A DNA stretch of 64,000 nt from Bacteroidales bacterium UBA5342 (GTDB lineage Bacteria; Bacteroidota; Bacteroidia; Bacteroidales; UBA5342), in the NCBI GenBank assembly GCA_002408065.1, contig DHQI01000106.1, positions 33,990-97,989 of the forward strand, given 5' to 3'. Numbering within the stretch: position 1 is the first letter of the stretch; each line of letters begins with the position of its first letter. Position numbers and translations under genes: made by a program. The notes under the pieces were generated by a model. It saw only the letters and a program-made list of their open reading frames with translations. It was not told the origin of the DNA and did no database searches. Positions 9,890 to 19,510 of the stretch are shown in pieces.

Positions 9890-9926
9890 AAAGCCTCGTC
9901 TCATTTATTTGGGATGAGGCTTTTTT
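9890..9926 (+). terminator. Intrinsic terminator after proS
   Basis: AAGCCTCGTC ... GATGAGGCTT stem + TTTTTT. Confidence 0.8.
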
Positions 9927-10129
9927 CATGCAAAAACAATTAGGCTTGTCCGTTTTCCATCTTTTTATAAGTGTTTGTTTGTGTGCGAAATGTAAAATGG
10001 ACTTTGCAATGATGTGTGATAAATGTCGCTTATGTATAGCAATTAATGATGATTTTGTTTTTATAATTGGAACAAAAAAGGAGTTTTCGTGTTTATGACC
10101 TAATGTATTATTAGGTAATAAATATAAAA

Positions 10130-12754
10130 ATGGAAAATAAGACAAATGCTGAAGTGTATGCTTTTGAGAACAAGGAATGGATTGATTCTCTCGAGTACAT
10201 CATACGCAATGAAGATCCTGATCGTGTACAGGACTTGCTGGAACGACTGCTTAATCACGCTCAAAAGAAAGGCATTTCATCGCTCTTAAAAATTAACACA
10301 CCATATTTGAACACTGTCTCTGTTCAAGATGAAATACCCTATCCCGGTAATAAAGAAATCGAAGAAAAAATTGAAAATATTATACGCTGGAATGCCATGT
10401 CTATGGTGGTGAAGGCTAATAAGAAATCGGATGGCATCGGAGGGCATATTTCGTCTTTTGCCTCGAGTGCCTCACTTTATGAGGTTGGATTTAACCATTT
10501 TTTTCGAGGATCTGACGGTGAGCATCCTGGCGACATGGTCTATTTTCAGGGGCATACCGCTCCGGGAATGTATTCACGTTCCTTTTTAGAAGGGCGTCTG
10601 ACTGAGGAGCGGTTAAAAAATTTCCGTCGTGAGCTAGAATCGGGGGGAGGGCTTTCATCCTATCCTCACCCACGTTTAATGCCCGATTATTGGCAGTTTC
10701 CTACAGTGTCGATGGGTATTGGCCCGATTGGTGCTATTTATCAGGCACGTTTCCGTAAATATTTGGAAAACCATAAACTACTTCCGGAGTCAGATCAAAA
10801 GATATGGGCTTTTTTAGGCGATGGTGAGATGGATGAACCCGAAGCAATGGGAGCGATAAATCTAGCACCACGTGAAAAGCTGGATAATCTCATTTTTGTG
10901 ATTAACTGTAATTTACAGCGCTTGGATGGTCCGGTGCGTGGTAACGGATCAGTTGTTCAGGAATTAGAAAGTGCTTTTAAAGGCGCTGGATGGAATGTAA
11001 TCAAAGTACTCAATAGTGGTGCTTGGGATGAACTATTGGCAAAAGACAGCACCGGAATTTTGGCTAAGCGTTTGGGCGAACTGGTGGATGGAGAACGCCA
11101 GAAACTGTCGATAAGTGATGGTAAATATATACGGGAATATTTCTTTGGTAAATATCCTGAGTTATTGGAGTTGGTAAAAGAGAAGTCTGACAAGGAACTA
11201 GAAGGTCTGGGACGTGGTGGTCATGATGTTCAAAAGATTTACAATGCATATCATAAAGCCTTTAATCACAAAGAGCAGCCAAGCGTTGTTTTAGCACAAA
11301 CCATTAAAGGTTACGGCATGGGAGATGCCGGAGAAGCTCGCAATGTGGCACATCAGCAAAAAAAACTCAATGAAGATCAGATGATGGTTTTCCGTGACCG
11401 TTTCAATTTACCATTTACCGATGAAGAAGTGAAAAGCATACCGCTCTTTAAATTTCCGAAAGAGAGCCAGGAAATGAAGTATCTCCAGAGCCACAGGGAG
11501 AAATTAGGGGGGTATCTTCCCAAACGAAAAGTGGAGGCTGAAGCTATAACAATGCCGGCAGCTAAGATTTTCGAGGCCTTTTATAAGGGGTCGAACGATA
11601 AAGTGGTACCGACAACTGCTGTTGCAGTAAAAATAATGACTGATTTATTGAGTGATAAGAATACCAAAGATTTGGTCGTACCTATTGTTCCTGATGAGTC
11701 CCGTACTTTTGGTATGGATGCCTTGTTTCGTCAGGTAGGCATTTATGCACCTCATGGACAGAAATATGAGCCCGTGGATAGTAAGAATTTCTTGTATTAT
11801 AAAGAAGCTCAGAATGGTGCTATTCTGGAAGAAGGCATCACAGAGGCTGGTTCTATGTCTTCCTTTATTGCTGCAGGTTCTGCCTATGCAAATCACGGTG
11901 TTAACACGATACCTTTTTTTATTTTTTACTCGATGTTTGGTTTTCAGCGTATAGGTGATTTTGCTTGGGCTGCGGCTGATACCCGGACCAAAGGTTTTAT
12001 GATTGGAGCTACTTCGGGGCGCACAACATTAGCCGGAGAGGGACTTCAGCATCAGGATGGACATAGTCATTTATATGCTCTATCCATACCCGGACTTCGT
12101 GCTTATGATCCCGCTTTTGCTTATGAATTGGCCGTTATTTTCGAAGATGGTCTGAAGCGTATGTATGTCGATGGTGATGAGAATTTTTACTACATCACGG
12201 TGATGAATGATAAATATCCTATGCCTGCCATGCCTGAAGGGGTAAAAGAAGGTATTATCAATGGAATGTACCAATTTTCTGCGGCTAAGAAAAATGAGCA
12301 TAATCTAAATCTTTATGGTAGCGGTGCTATCATGAATGAAGTGTTGAAAGCCTCCGAGATTTTGAAAAAGGATTATGGTGTGGAGGCCAATATATGGAGT
12401 ATTACCAGTTATAAGGCTTTGTATGATAATGCTAATGAAGTAGAAGCATCTAATTTGTTCGGAGGTAAAAAACAGAAGAATTTTATAGAACAATCTCTGG
12501 GAGATAAGGAAGGCTTGCACATTTGTGCATCTGATTATGTAAAAGCGATGCCTTTGTCTATAGCTAAATGGTTTAAAGGAGAGTTTACAGCTTTAGGAAC
12601 TGATGGCTTTGGAATGAGTGAGAGCCGCGAGTCATTACGTGATTATTTTCAGGTAGATGCTAAACATATTGTAGACGCTGCTTTAAATCACTTGAAAGGG
12701 AAGGGTGTAAAAGTTGAAAACAAAAGAAATAATAAAGTAAAATCAAATGCATAA
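10130..12754 (+). CDS. aceE: Pyruvate dehydrogenase E1 component, homodimeric type
   Basis: 874 aa; GGHISSFASSASLYEVGFNHFFRG, GDGEMDEPE ThDP motif region; followed by E2 and E3. Confidence 0.93.
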   Translation: MENKTNAEVYAFENKEWIDSLEYIIRNEDPDRVQDLLERLLNHAQKKGISSLLKINTPYLNTVSVQDEIPYPGNKEIEEKIENIIRWNAMSMVVKANKKSDGIGGHISSFASSASLYEVGFNHFFRGSDGEHPGDMVYFQGHTAPGMYSRSFLEGRLTEERLKNFRRELESGGGLSSYPHPRLMPDYWQFPTVSMGIGPIGAIYQARFRKYLENHKLLPESDQKIWAFLGDGEMDEPEAMGAINLAPREKLDNLIFVINCNLQRLDGPVRGNGSVVQELESAFKGAGWNVIKVLNSGAWDELLAKDSTGILAKRLGELVDGERQKLSISDGKYIREYFFGKYPELLELVKEKSDKELEGLGRGGHDVQKIYNAYHKAFNHKEQPSVVLAQTIKGYGMGDAGEARNVAHQQKKLNEDQMMVFRDRFNLPFTDEEVKSIPLFKFPKESQEMKYLQSHREKLGGYLPKRKVEAEAITMPAAKIFEAFYKGSNDKVVPTTAVAVKIMTDLLSDKNTKDLVVPIVPDESRTFGMDALFRQVGIYAPHGQKYEPVDSKNFLYYKEAQNGAILEEGITEAGSMSSFIAAGSAYANHGVNTIPFFIFYSMFGFQRIGDFAWAAADTRTKGFMIGATSGRTTLAGEGLQHQDGHSHLYALSIPGLRAYDPAFAYELAVIFEDGLKRMYVDGDENFYYITVMNDKYPMPAMPEGVKEGIINGMYQFSAAKKNEHNLNLYGSGAIMNEVLKASEILKKDYGVEANIWSITSYKALYDNANEVEASNLFGGKKQKNFIEQSLGDKEGLHICASDYVKAMPLSIAKWFKGEFTALGTDGFGMSESRESLRDYFQVDAKHIVDAALNHLKGKGVKVENKRNNKVKSNA

Positions 12755-14057
12755 AGAAATAGTTTTACCTGAAATAGCCGATAATGTGGTGTCCGGAGTA
12801 GTGGGCAGTATATTAGTAGCTGTTGGAGATAAGGTGCAGGATGAAGATCCTCTGGTAGAGGTCGAAACGGAAAAAGCTACCAGTCAGATTCCGGCGGAAG
12901 GAGCTGGAAAGGTGTTAGAGATAAAAGTGGCTGAAGGGGATACCGTGAATGTTGGAGAAGTAATGCTGGTTATTGAATTAAATGCTAGCGATGAGGCTCC
13001 TGCTGAGGTGAAAGAGGAAGCTGTAAAAGAGGAAGCCGTAAAAGAGACAGTGAAAACAGCAGCAGCTGAAGTAGCGACCTTAGAAGCAAAAAAGCAGGCT
13101 CCACCAAAAACAAAACAGCCCCAAAAGGACACCACAGTTGTAGCTACTGATAAGAGTATACTGGTACCTGCGGCACCTTCTGTACGTAAGTTTGCCCGTG
13201 AGTTAGGGGTGAATATTGCTGAGGTTCAGGGTACAGGGCCTGGCGCGCGCATTACTAAAGAAGATGTGAAAGCACACGCTAAATCTTTGATTAGTAATCC
13301 TGCAGTGCAAACATCAGGAGCTTCTATTCAGGCGGCTCCATTACCTGATTTTAGCAAATGGGGTGAGGTCCGAAGCGAAGGTTTTAATAAAATACGTGAA
13401 GTGACGGCTAATAGTATGACCACTAGTTGGCAGACCATTCCGCAAGTGACGCATTTTGATAAAGCTGACATCACAGAATTGGAGAATTTCCGTAAGGCTT
13501 ATGGCAAAGTGGTTGAAAAAGGTGGTGGACGCTTGACGGTTACTTCTATTTTGGTAAAGGTAATTGCCGAAGCGCTTAAGAAATTTCCTAACTTCAATGC
13601 CAGCGTAGATATGGCGAACAAGCAAACTATTTACAAAGATTATTATAATGTAGGCATTGCGGTAGATACACCAAACGGGCTTTTAGTACCGGTAGTGAAA
13701 GAGGCTGATAAAAAGAACCTGACGGAGATTTCTGCAGAAATAAGTAGCCATGCTCAAAAGGCCCGTGATAAGAAATTGTCGATGGATGACATGGCGGGAG
13801 GTAACTTTACCATTTCGAACCTGGGAGGTATTGGTGGTACAGCTTTTACGCCTATTGTGTATGCTCCACAGGTAGCAATTTTAGGTGTTTCGCGTGGTGT
13901 TCAAGAGCCGAAATATGTTAATGGGGAATTACAGCCACGTATGATGATGCCTATATCGCTATCGTACGATCACCGTTTGATTGATGGTGCTGATGCCGCC
14001 CGTTTTGCCCGTTTTATATGCAATGCATTGGAAAATCCGATGTCTATGTTTATCTAA
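12747..14057 (+). CDS. aceF: Dihydrolipoyllysine-residue acetyltransferase E2
   Basis: Single lipoyl domain (VETEKATSQIP), Ala/Glu/Lys linker, E3-binding domain (PSVRKFARELGV), catalytic DHRLIDGA; 8-nt overlap ATGCATAA with aceE. Confidence 0.9.
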   Translation: MHKEIVLPEIADNVVSGVVGSILVAVGDKVQDEDPLVEVETEKATSQIPAEGAGKVLEIKVAEGDTVNVGEVMLVIELNASDEAPAEVKEEAVKEEAVKETVKTAAAEVATLEAKKQAPPKTKQPQKDTTVVATDKSILVPAAPSVRKFARELGVNIAEVQGTGPGARITKEDVKAHAKSLISNPAVQTSGASIQAAPLPDFSKWGEVRSEGFNKIREVTANSMTTSWQTIPQVTHFDKADITELENFRKAYGKVVEKGGGRLTVTSILVKVIAEALKKFPNFNASVDMANKQTIYKDYYNVGIAVDTPNGLLVPVVKEADKKNLTEISAEISSHAQKARDKKLSMDDMAGGNFTISNLGGIGGTAFTPIVYAPQVAILGVSRGVQEPKYVNGELQPRMMMPISLSYDHRLIDGADAARFARFICNALENPMSMFI

Positions 14058-14108
14058 ACCTGAACTGATAATCAGGAATTTTGAATCTTAAATTTTGAAT
14101 TAAATACA

Positions 14109-15530
14109 ATGAGCGATATAAAAAAAAGCGATGTGGTCGTTTTAGGAGCCGGTCCCGGAGGATATACGGCAGCCTTTATGGCCTCAGATTTAGGTATGAG
14201 TGTAACCTTGGTAGATCCGGAAGCTAATCCGGGTGGTGTGTGTTTGCACCGCGGTTGTATACCTACCAAATCGTTATTGCACGTTTCCAAAATGAAACAA
14301 GAAGCGATGAAAGCTTCGCAATGGGGAATGACCTTTGAAGCTCCTAAGGTAGAGATTGATAAAGTGCGTGAGTGGAAGGATAGTGTGATCAACCGATTGA
14401 CGGGAGGACTAGGACAATTGTCTAAGGCACGTAAGATAAATTATGTTCGTGGTTATGGGCATTTTGATAGTTCAAACACGATGACCATCTCAAATGTAGA
14501 TGGAGGCACTTCACAATTGGAGTTTAAACAGGCAATAATTGCCACAGGTTCAGAGCCACGTCGTTTGCCTTTCCTGAATTATGATTCTGAAAAGATTTTG
14601 GATGCTAAAAAAGCTTTGGAATTGAAGTCTATACCAGAGCGTTTATTGGTAATTGGAGGTGGATATATTGGTTTGGAGATTGGCTATATTTATCAGGCTT
14701 TAGGTGCTAAGAGTACTATTGTGGAGATGACGGCAAGCTTGATGCCCGGTATGGATCCGGAATTAACCAAGATTTTTGAAAATCATAACAAGAATTTTTA
14801 TGAGGGGATACTGAAAGAGACTAAAGTTGCAAAGGTTAATGAACTTGATAGTCATCTAGAAGTGACCTTTGAAGATAAAAACGGCGAACAACACACGCAA
14901 GATTTTGATGCTATAATGGTCGCTATTGGTCAGGCGCCTTCCAATCATAGTTTTGGAATAGAAAACACCAAAGTGGAACTGGCCGATAATGGCTTTGTAA
15001 AAGTAGACCACCAGCAACGCACCAGTGATGAGAATATTTTTGCTATCGGTGATGTGGTGGGTGGCCCCTTGTTAGCACATAAAGCCAGCTACGAAGCGCG
15101 AATAGCTGCCGAGGTGATAGCCGGAAAGAAAAGTGCTAATGATGCACAAGTCATTCCCGCTGTAGTGTATACTGATCCTGAGATAGCAACGGTTGGTATC
15201 TCAGAACCAGAAGCCAAGGCCAAAGGACTTAATTATAAGGTGGCTAAGTTTCCTTGGGCGGCCTCTGGGCGTGCCATTGCTATGGGCGATCCAACAGGTT
15301 TGACCAAGTTGATAATTGATGCAGACACCGAACGTATCCTTGGAGCTGGTATCTGTGGTAAAAATGCCGGTGACTTAATCTCGGAAATGGCTTTGGCTGT
15401 TGAGATGGCAGCTACTGCTACCGATATAGAGCAAACCATTCATCCACACCCAACACTTTCTGAAACTATTATGGAAACGGCTGGTGCCTTTTATGGCAAT
15501 GCAACACATGTTTTTCAAAAGATGAAGTAA
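14109..15530 (+). CDS. lpdA: Dihydrolipoyl dehydrogenase E3
   Basis: VVLGAGPGGY FAD motif, redox-active GGVCLHRGCIPTK, C-terminal HPHPTLSE. Confidence 0.93.
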   Translation: MSDIKKSDVVVLGAGPGGYTAAFMASDLGMSVTLVDPEANPGGVCLHRGCIPTKSLLHVSKMKQEAMKASQWGMTFEAPKVEIDKVREWKDSVINRLTGGLGQLSKARKINYVRGYGHFDSSNTMTISNVDGGTSQLEFKQAIIATGSEPRRLPFLNYDSEKILDAKKALELKSIPERLLVIGGGYIGLEIGYIYQALGAKSTIVEMTASLMPGMDPELTKIFENHNKNFYEGILKETKVAKVNELDSHLEVTFEDKNGEQHTQDFDAIMVAIGQAPSNHSFGIENTKVELADNGFVKVDHQQRTSDENIFAIGDVVGGPLLAHKASYEARIAAEVIAGKKSANDAQVIPAVVYTDPEIATVGISEPEAKAKGLNYKVAKFPWAASGRAIAMGDPTGLTKLIIDADTERILGAGICGKNAGDLISEMALAVEMAATATDIEQTIHPHPTLSETIMETAGAFYGNATHVFQKMK

Positions 15531-15561
15531 GTAAATATTAGTAATTGCTTAACGACAAATT

Positions 15562-15598
15562 AATCCCGATTTCACACCCATTGGAATCGGGATTTTTA
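15562..15598 (+). terminator. Intrinsic terminator after lpdA
   Basis: AATCCCGATT ... AATCGGGATT stem + TTTT. Confidence 0.85.
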
Positions 15599-15650
15599 TA
15601 TGTCAATATTTGAGAAGTGTTTTATAAGAATAAATAATAATGATTGATAG

Positions 15651-15790
15651 TAACAAACGATAATGTTCGGTATCAGAAAGCAATAATGTTTGCTAATAAC
15701 GAACAATGATGTTTGATGCTAAAAAACACTAACGTTCATTGCTATCAAACGATAATGTTCACTGCTAACATTCGATAATGTTTGACAATA
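15651..15790. repeat. Iteron-like array: 5 direct + 1 inverted copies of (C/A)(G/A)ATAATGTT core in 23-bp phase
   Basis: Cores at 15658, 15681, 15704, 15750, 15773 (spacings 23, 23, 46, 23) plus inverted degenerate copy at 15731-15742; ends about 45 bp before ATPase ATG. Confidence 0.8.
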
Positions 15791-15827
15791 ACGACTGATA
15801 TCAGTAGATTTGTAAAAAATTACAATT

Positions 15828-17036
15828 ATGATATCACAAGAATTGATTGCAAGCGTTGTTGACGAACAGGTAAAGACCTATTTGAGCAAAAGTGCTGGGA
15901 CACCCAGAGTTTTGCTTGATGATATTCCTGTTTTTGAAAATTTTGCAACGATAATAACCGGTCTGCGACGTTGTGGAAAAAGCACTTTGATGCGTCAGAT
16001 ATTAGAAAGGGAGGGTTTGAAATCATATTTCTTAAACTTTGATGATATTCGTTTGTCAGGTTTTGAAATGGATGATCTTATGCGCTTAAATGCTGATGTG
16101 GAAAAACGAAATGTAGAAGCTTTATTCTTTGATGAACTGCAATTGGTAAAAGGTTGGGAGCTGTTTGTTAATCAAAAGTTACGTGAAGGGTACAAGGTTT
16201 TTATCAGTGGTTCTAATGCTTCTTTGTTAAGCTCAGAGTTGGGAACACACCTGACTGGGCGTCATCTGAGTTCAGAACTATTTCCTTTTTCGTATTCTGA
16301 ATTTTTGACTTTTTTAAAACTTGAAAATTCAGAAAAGTCCTTTTTGCGATATTTAAAAATGGGTGGAATGCCGGAGTTTCTTAAACTTAAGAACGGACGT
16401 ATTCTTTTGCAACTGGTGGAAGATATCCTGCATCGTGATATAGCGGTGAGGTATAATGTGAGAGATGTAAATGCGCTAAGGCAACTGACGGTCTATTTAA
16501 TATCGAATATAGGAAAACCAACTTCAGCAGGAAGCTTAGTTAATCTTTTTGGTTTGAAATCAAGAAGTACTATATCCGAGTATTTTGGCTATTTGAAAGA
16601 TACATATTTGCTTGATTTTTTACCGATGTTTGATTATTCTATCAAAAAGCAAATTCGCAATCCTAAGAAAGTGTATGCTATTGATTTGGGGATTTATCAT
16701 CAGATTCGTACAACTTTTACCGATGATTTTGGCCGTCAATTAGAGAATGCAGTATTCTTACATCTCAGGCGCCATTACGAAGAGCTTTTTTATTTTAATA
16801 ATAATGGTGAATGTGATTTTGTTTCTTTTGAAAAAGGTAAAGTAAAAGAATGTGTACAGGTTTGCTATAATATTAATGATGAAAATATGCAGCGCGAAAT
16901 GAAAGGGCTTCTGGCAGCTCTTAATTATTTTGAGATAGACAGAGGGGTAATCGTCACTTTGAATCAGAAAGATACATTTACCATTGACGGAAAGACAGTA
17001 GACTATATACCAGCTTATGAATATTTTGATTGTTAG
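15828..17036 (+). CDS. AAA+ ATPase with DUF4143-type C-terminal domain (COG1373-like)
   Basis: Walker A GLRRCGKSTL, Walker B LFFDELQ, 402 aa, architecture typical of ATP-binding protein family abundant in Bacteroidota. Confidence 0.8.
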   Translation: MISQELIASVVDEQVKTYLSKSAGTPRVLLDDIPVFENFATIITGLRRCGKSTLMRQILEREGLKSYFLNFDDIRLSGFEMDDLMRLNADVEKRNVEALFFDELQLVKGWELFVNQKLREGYKVFISGSNASLLSSELGTHLTGRHLSSELFPFSYSEFLTFLKLENSEKSFLRYLKMGGMPEFLKLKNGRILLQLVEDILHRDIAVRYNVRDVNALRQLTVYLISNIGKPTSAGSLVNLFGLKSRSTISEYFGYLKDTYLLDFLPMFDYSIKKQIRNPKKVYAIDLGIYHQIRTTFTDDFGRQLENAVFLHLRRHYEELFYFNNNGECDFVSFEKGKVKECVQVCYNINDENMQREMKGLLAALNYFEIDRGVIVTLNQKDTFTIDGKTVDYIPAYEYFDC

Positions 17037-17080
17037 TGTTTAACTTTTGACGATGGCAATTGTGTAGTTTGTGCTCAAAT

Positions 17081-17119
17081 ATTATCGTTTGCTGTTGGCG
17101 AACAATAATGTTTGCTGAG
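17081..17119. repeat. Two further copies of the ATAATGTT repeat (one inverted, one direct) downstream of the ATPase
   Basis: ATTATCGTTTGC (17081-17092, inverted) and CGAACAATAATGTTTGC (17099-17115). Confidence 0.75.
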
Positions 17120-17280
17120 ATTGGTCAATATGATGTAAAAGTGAAATACACAGGAGTCATTTACCTGTAGAACTTCGAACATACTTAATTGAAATAAAAC
17201 GCCAAACGGTCCTGATCATCAGGCAGGCCAATCAGGTAATTCAGGTAATTCTCTTTTAAGTACAGACCTCCTTTTTTGAT

Positions 17281-17642
17281 TTAGCCTTTGGCAAAAGGCA
17301 TTTCTACGCCCCAAGAGCCGGAAGCGCGTTTGTTTTCAAGATCAGTTAGTTTAACAATGGTATGATCGCCCCATACAATTACACAATGCTTATAGCTTGT
17401 TTCAGTACCAGGTTGATTTTGTCAATATTAACCGGGACAATCATCTTGGCTTCTTTTTTTGCCACATCCTGAAAAAGAACAATAGGATTATCACTCTCAA
17501 CTTTTTCAAGACTTGTTACATCTGCCAAAAAGGCTTTGACAATGCTTTTTTCTGTAATAACGATTTCGTCGTTCTTCAGCTTTTTGTTCCACACGAGAAT
17601 AGAAAAAGCAGGCTGAGGAGTAGGGTGGTTGGCTTCATAGGT
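17281..17642 (-). pseudogene. Possible gene remnant: open frame continuing in-frame after the TAA of the 17643-18449 ORF, then a -1/+1 frame switch near 17380-17420
   Basis: 88 stop-free codons in frame with upstream ORF stop; second open frame ends ...VWGDHTIVKLTDLENKRASGSWGVEMPFAKG* at 17281; no recognisable family. Confidence 0.25.
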
Positions 17643-18449
17643 TTAATAAAAATAGGATTGTGAATAATCTCCAAAATCAATATAAGTAGGGAAGTCGGAA
17701 TCGTTATACTCAATAGTTAAATATACTTGATTTTCAAATTTAGAATCAAGGGTGGTACCTGTGTTTATGTCATAAGAATAACTGTATTTTTCAGAGTGAA
17801 TTTCGATTATATTATTAATATGAGTTTCATTTAAGTAGGCTAATGGATAGTTTACTTCTCTCATAGGATGTTTTTTGTTGTCATAAACAAAGCTGTCAAC
17901 GCTCCGCAAGACATAATTGTCAGCAAAGTAGTCGTATGAGGTTTCTTTAGAAATGTTGCCAATCTCATCATAAGATATAATTGTATAATCACTTCTGTCT
18001 TTATCATTTTCATTATATAAAAATTGCGTTTTTATTGTTCCATCATGCAGGTATTCAAATGTTTGAAAATAAGGAGCTTTATTAAAAGAGTCTATAGGAG
18101 CACCTATCAATGCACCTTGACTATAATTCTGGTTGGTGTAGTATTCAATTTTTTCAACCTGTTGGTTGCTGTTAAAAATGTATATACTGTAAGTTGATGG
18201 GATACTATCATTCTTTTTGTAGCTTGATATTTTATAATGACTACTTGATCTCTCATATGTTGTAGACCATTCAGCTGTCTTTATGCATTTGACTTCATCT
18301 CCATCATAGGTAACGAAAAGAGTATCAATATTTCCATCTTTTACATTTATTACTTTGTAGGGTTTGTAGGATGGTGAAAGATTGTATGAAGTGTTTTCAC
18401 AAGAAAAAAATAGAATGGTTAAGGTAATGAATAGGCAGTATAGCTTCAT
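17643..18449 (-). CDS. Hypothetical lipoprotein (Tyr/Asn/Ser-rich, YD-repeat-like beta hairpins)
   Basis: Signal peptide + lipobox LFFSC; very AT-rich; motifs like YDEIGNISKETSYDY. Confidence 0.6.
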   Translation of the reverse strand: MKLYCLFITLTILFFSCENTSYNLSPSYKPYKVINVKDGNIDTLFVTYDGDEVKCIKTAEWSTTYERSSSHYKISSYKKNDSIPSTYSIYIFNSNQQVEKIEYYTNQNYSQGALIGAPIDSFNKAPYFQTFEYLHDGTIKTQFLYNENDKDRSDYTIISYDEIGNISKETSYDYFADNYVLRSVDSFVYDNKKHPMREVNYPLAYLNETHINNIIEIHSEKYSYSYDINTGTTLDSKFENQVYLTIEYNDSDFPTYIDFGDYSQSYFY

Positions 18450-18634
18450 TGCTTATTATGGTCTTAGTTTAAATCACAAACGTACAAAGAATTCAGATAC
18501 AATCGATAGAATATAATCGATTTATTTTAAGACGGCTATGTTGCTAAAGAGACGCGTCCTTTAAAACCTTTAACCCATGCACTTCCCAACCACAAAAAAA
18601 GGACAGCCCACAAGCCATCCTTTAATACTTACTA

Positions 18635-18700
18635 TTTCTTAGCGAACCTTCGCGTTCACTTTGCGATCCTCTGCGTAATAGCTTAAGTCTATTTTAAGAC
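18635..18700. repeat. 66-nt segment just past trpA stop, 100 percent identical (inverted) to 56705-56770
   Basis: Direct comparison of both strands. Confidence 0.9.
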
Positions 18701-19464
18701 AACGTTTTCACAAAATCTGCAATATCACCAGCCAAATCCTCGCTACCATCCACAGCTTTTACAAAAGCACTACCGATGATGCCGCCGGCCGAATAACGTG
18801 ACGCCTGCTCAAGTGTTTCTTTGTTTGAAATACCAAAACCAGTTACAGTTGGTACGCTAAGGTTCATATCTTTGATGCGTTTGAAATAATCCATGGTTTC
18901 CTGAGCATAGCCGCTTTGAGTTCCGGTAGTCGCTGCAGTAGATACCATATAGATAAATCCCTTCGATAATTTATCGGTTTGTCTTATACGTTCGTCAGGC
19001 GTTTGTGGTGTGATAAGGAAAACCGGAATGATGTTGTGTTTTTCGAAAGTGGCCTGATAGTTAGCTTCATAATACTCCAAAGGTAAATCCGGCAGAATAA
19101 CGCCGTCGATACCAATAGCGCTAATATCTTTACAAAACTGCTCTACGCCATATTTCTGAACGGAATTGAAATAGCCCATTAGCAGAAGTGGGATGCTGAC
19201 CGTTTGGCGTACATCTTTTATTTCTTCGAGCAGTTTCTTTACACTCATGCCCTGTTCCAGAGCAAATTCGCTGCTGCGTTGTATCGTAGGGCCATCAGCC
19301 AAAGGATCGGAGAAGGGCATTCCAATTTCGATCATATTGATGCCGTTCTTTTCCAACTCCTGAATAATGGTGAGAGCCGTATTGGGCGCAGGATGTCCTG
19401 CTGTGAAATATATGGACTTTATCTTGTCCTGTGTATCGTTGAATAGTTGATTTATGCGGTTCAT
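18694..19464 (-). CDS. trpA: Tryptophan synthase alpha chain
   Basis: GMPFSDPLADGPTIQ, GFGIS motifs; 256 aa. Confidence 0.95.
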   Translation of the reverse strand: MNRINQLFNDTQDKIKSIYFTAGHPAPNTALTIIQELEKNGINMIEIGMPFSDPLADGPTIQRSSEFALEQGMSVKKLLEEIKDVRQTVSIPLLLMGYFNSVQKYGVEQFCKDISAIGIDGVILPDLPLEYYEANYQATFEKHNIIPVFLITPQTPDERIRQTDKLSKGFIYMVSTAATTGTQSGYAQETMDYFKRIKDMNLSVPTVTGFGISNKETLEQASRYSAGGIIGSAFVKAVDGSEDLAGDIADFVKTLS

Positions 19465-19510
19465 AGTTATATGTTCAAAGTTATAAATTCAAAGTTGAAT
19501 ATTCTCATTG

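Noticed and set aside
9861-10145. 94-aa minus-strand ORF in the proS-aceE spacer
   Set aside because: It spans the proS terminator and the aceE promoter region, overlaps the aceE start, and its sequence is low-complexity.
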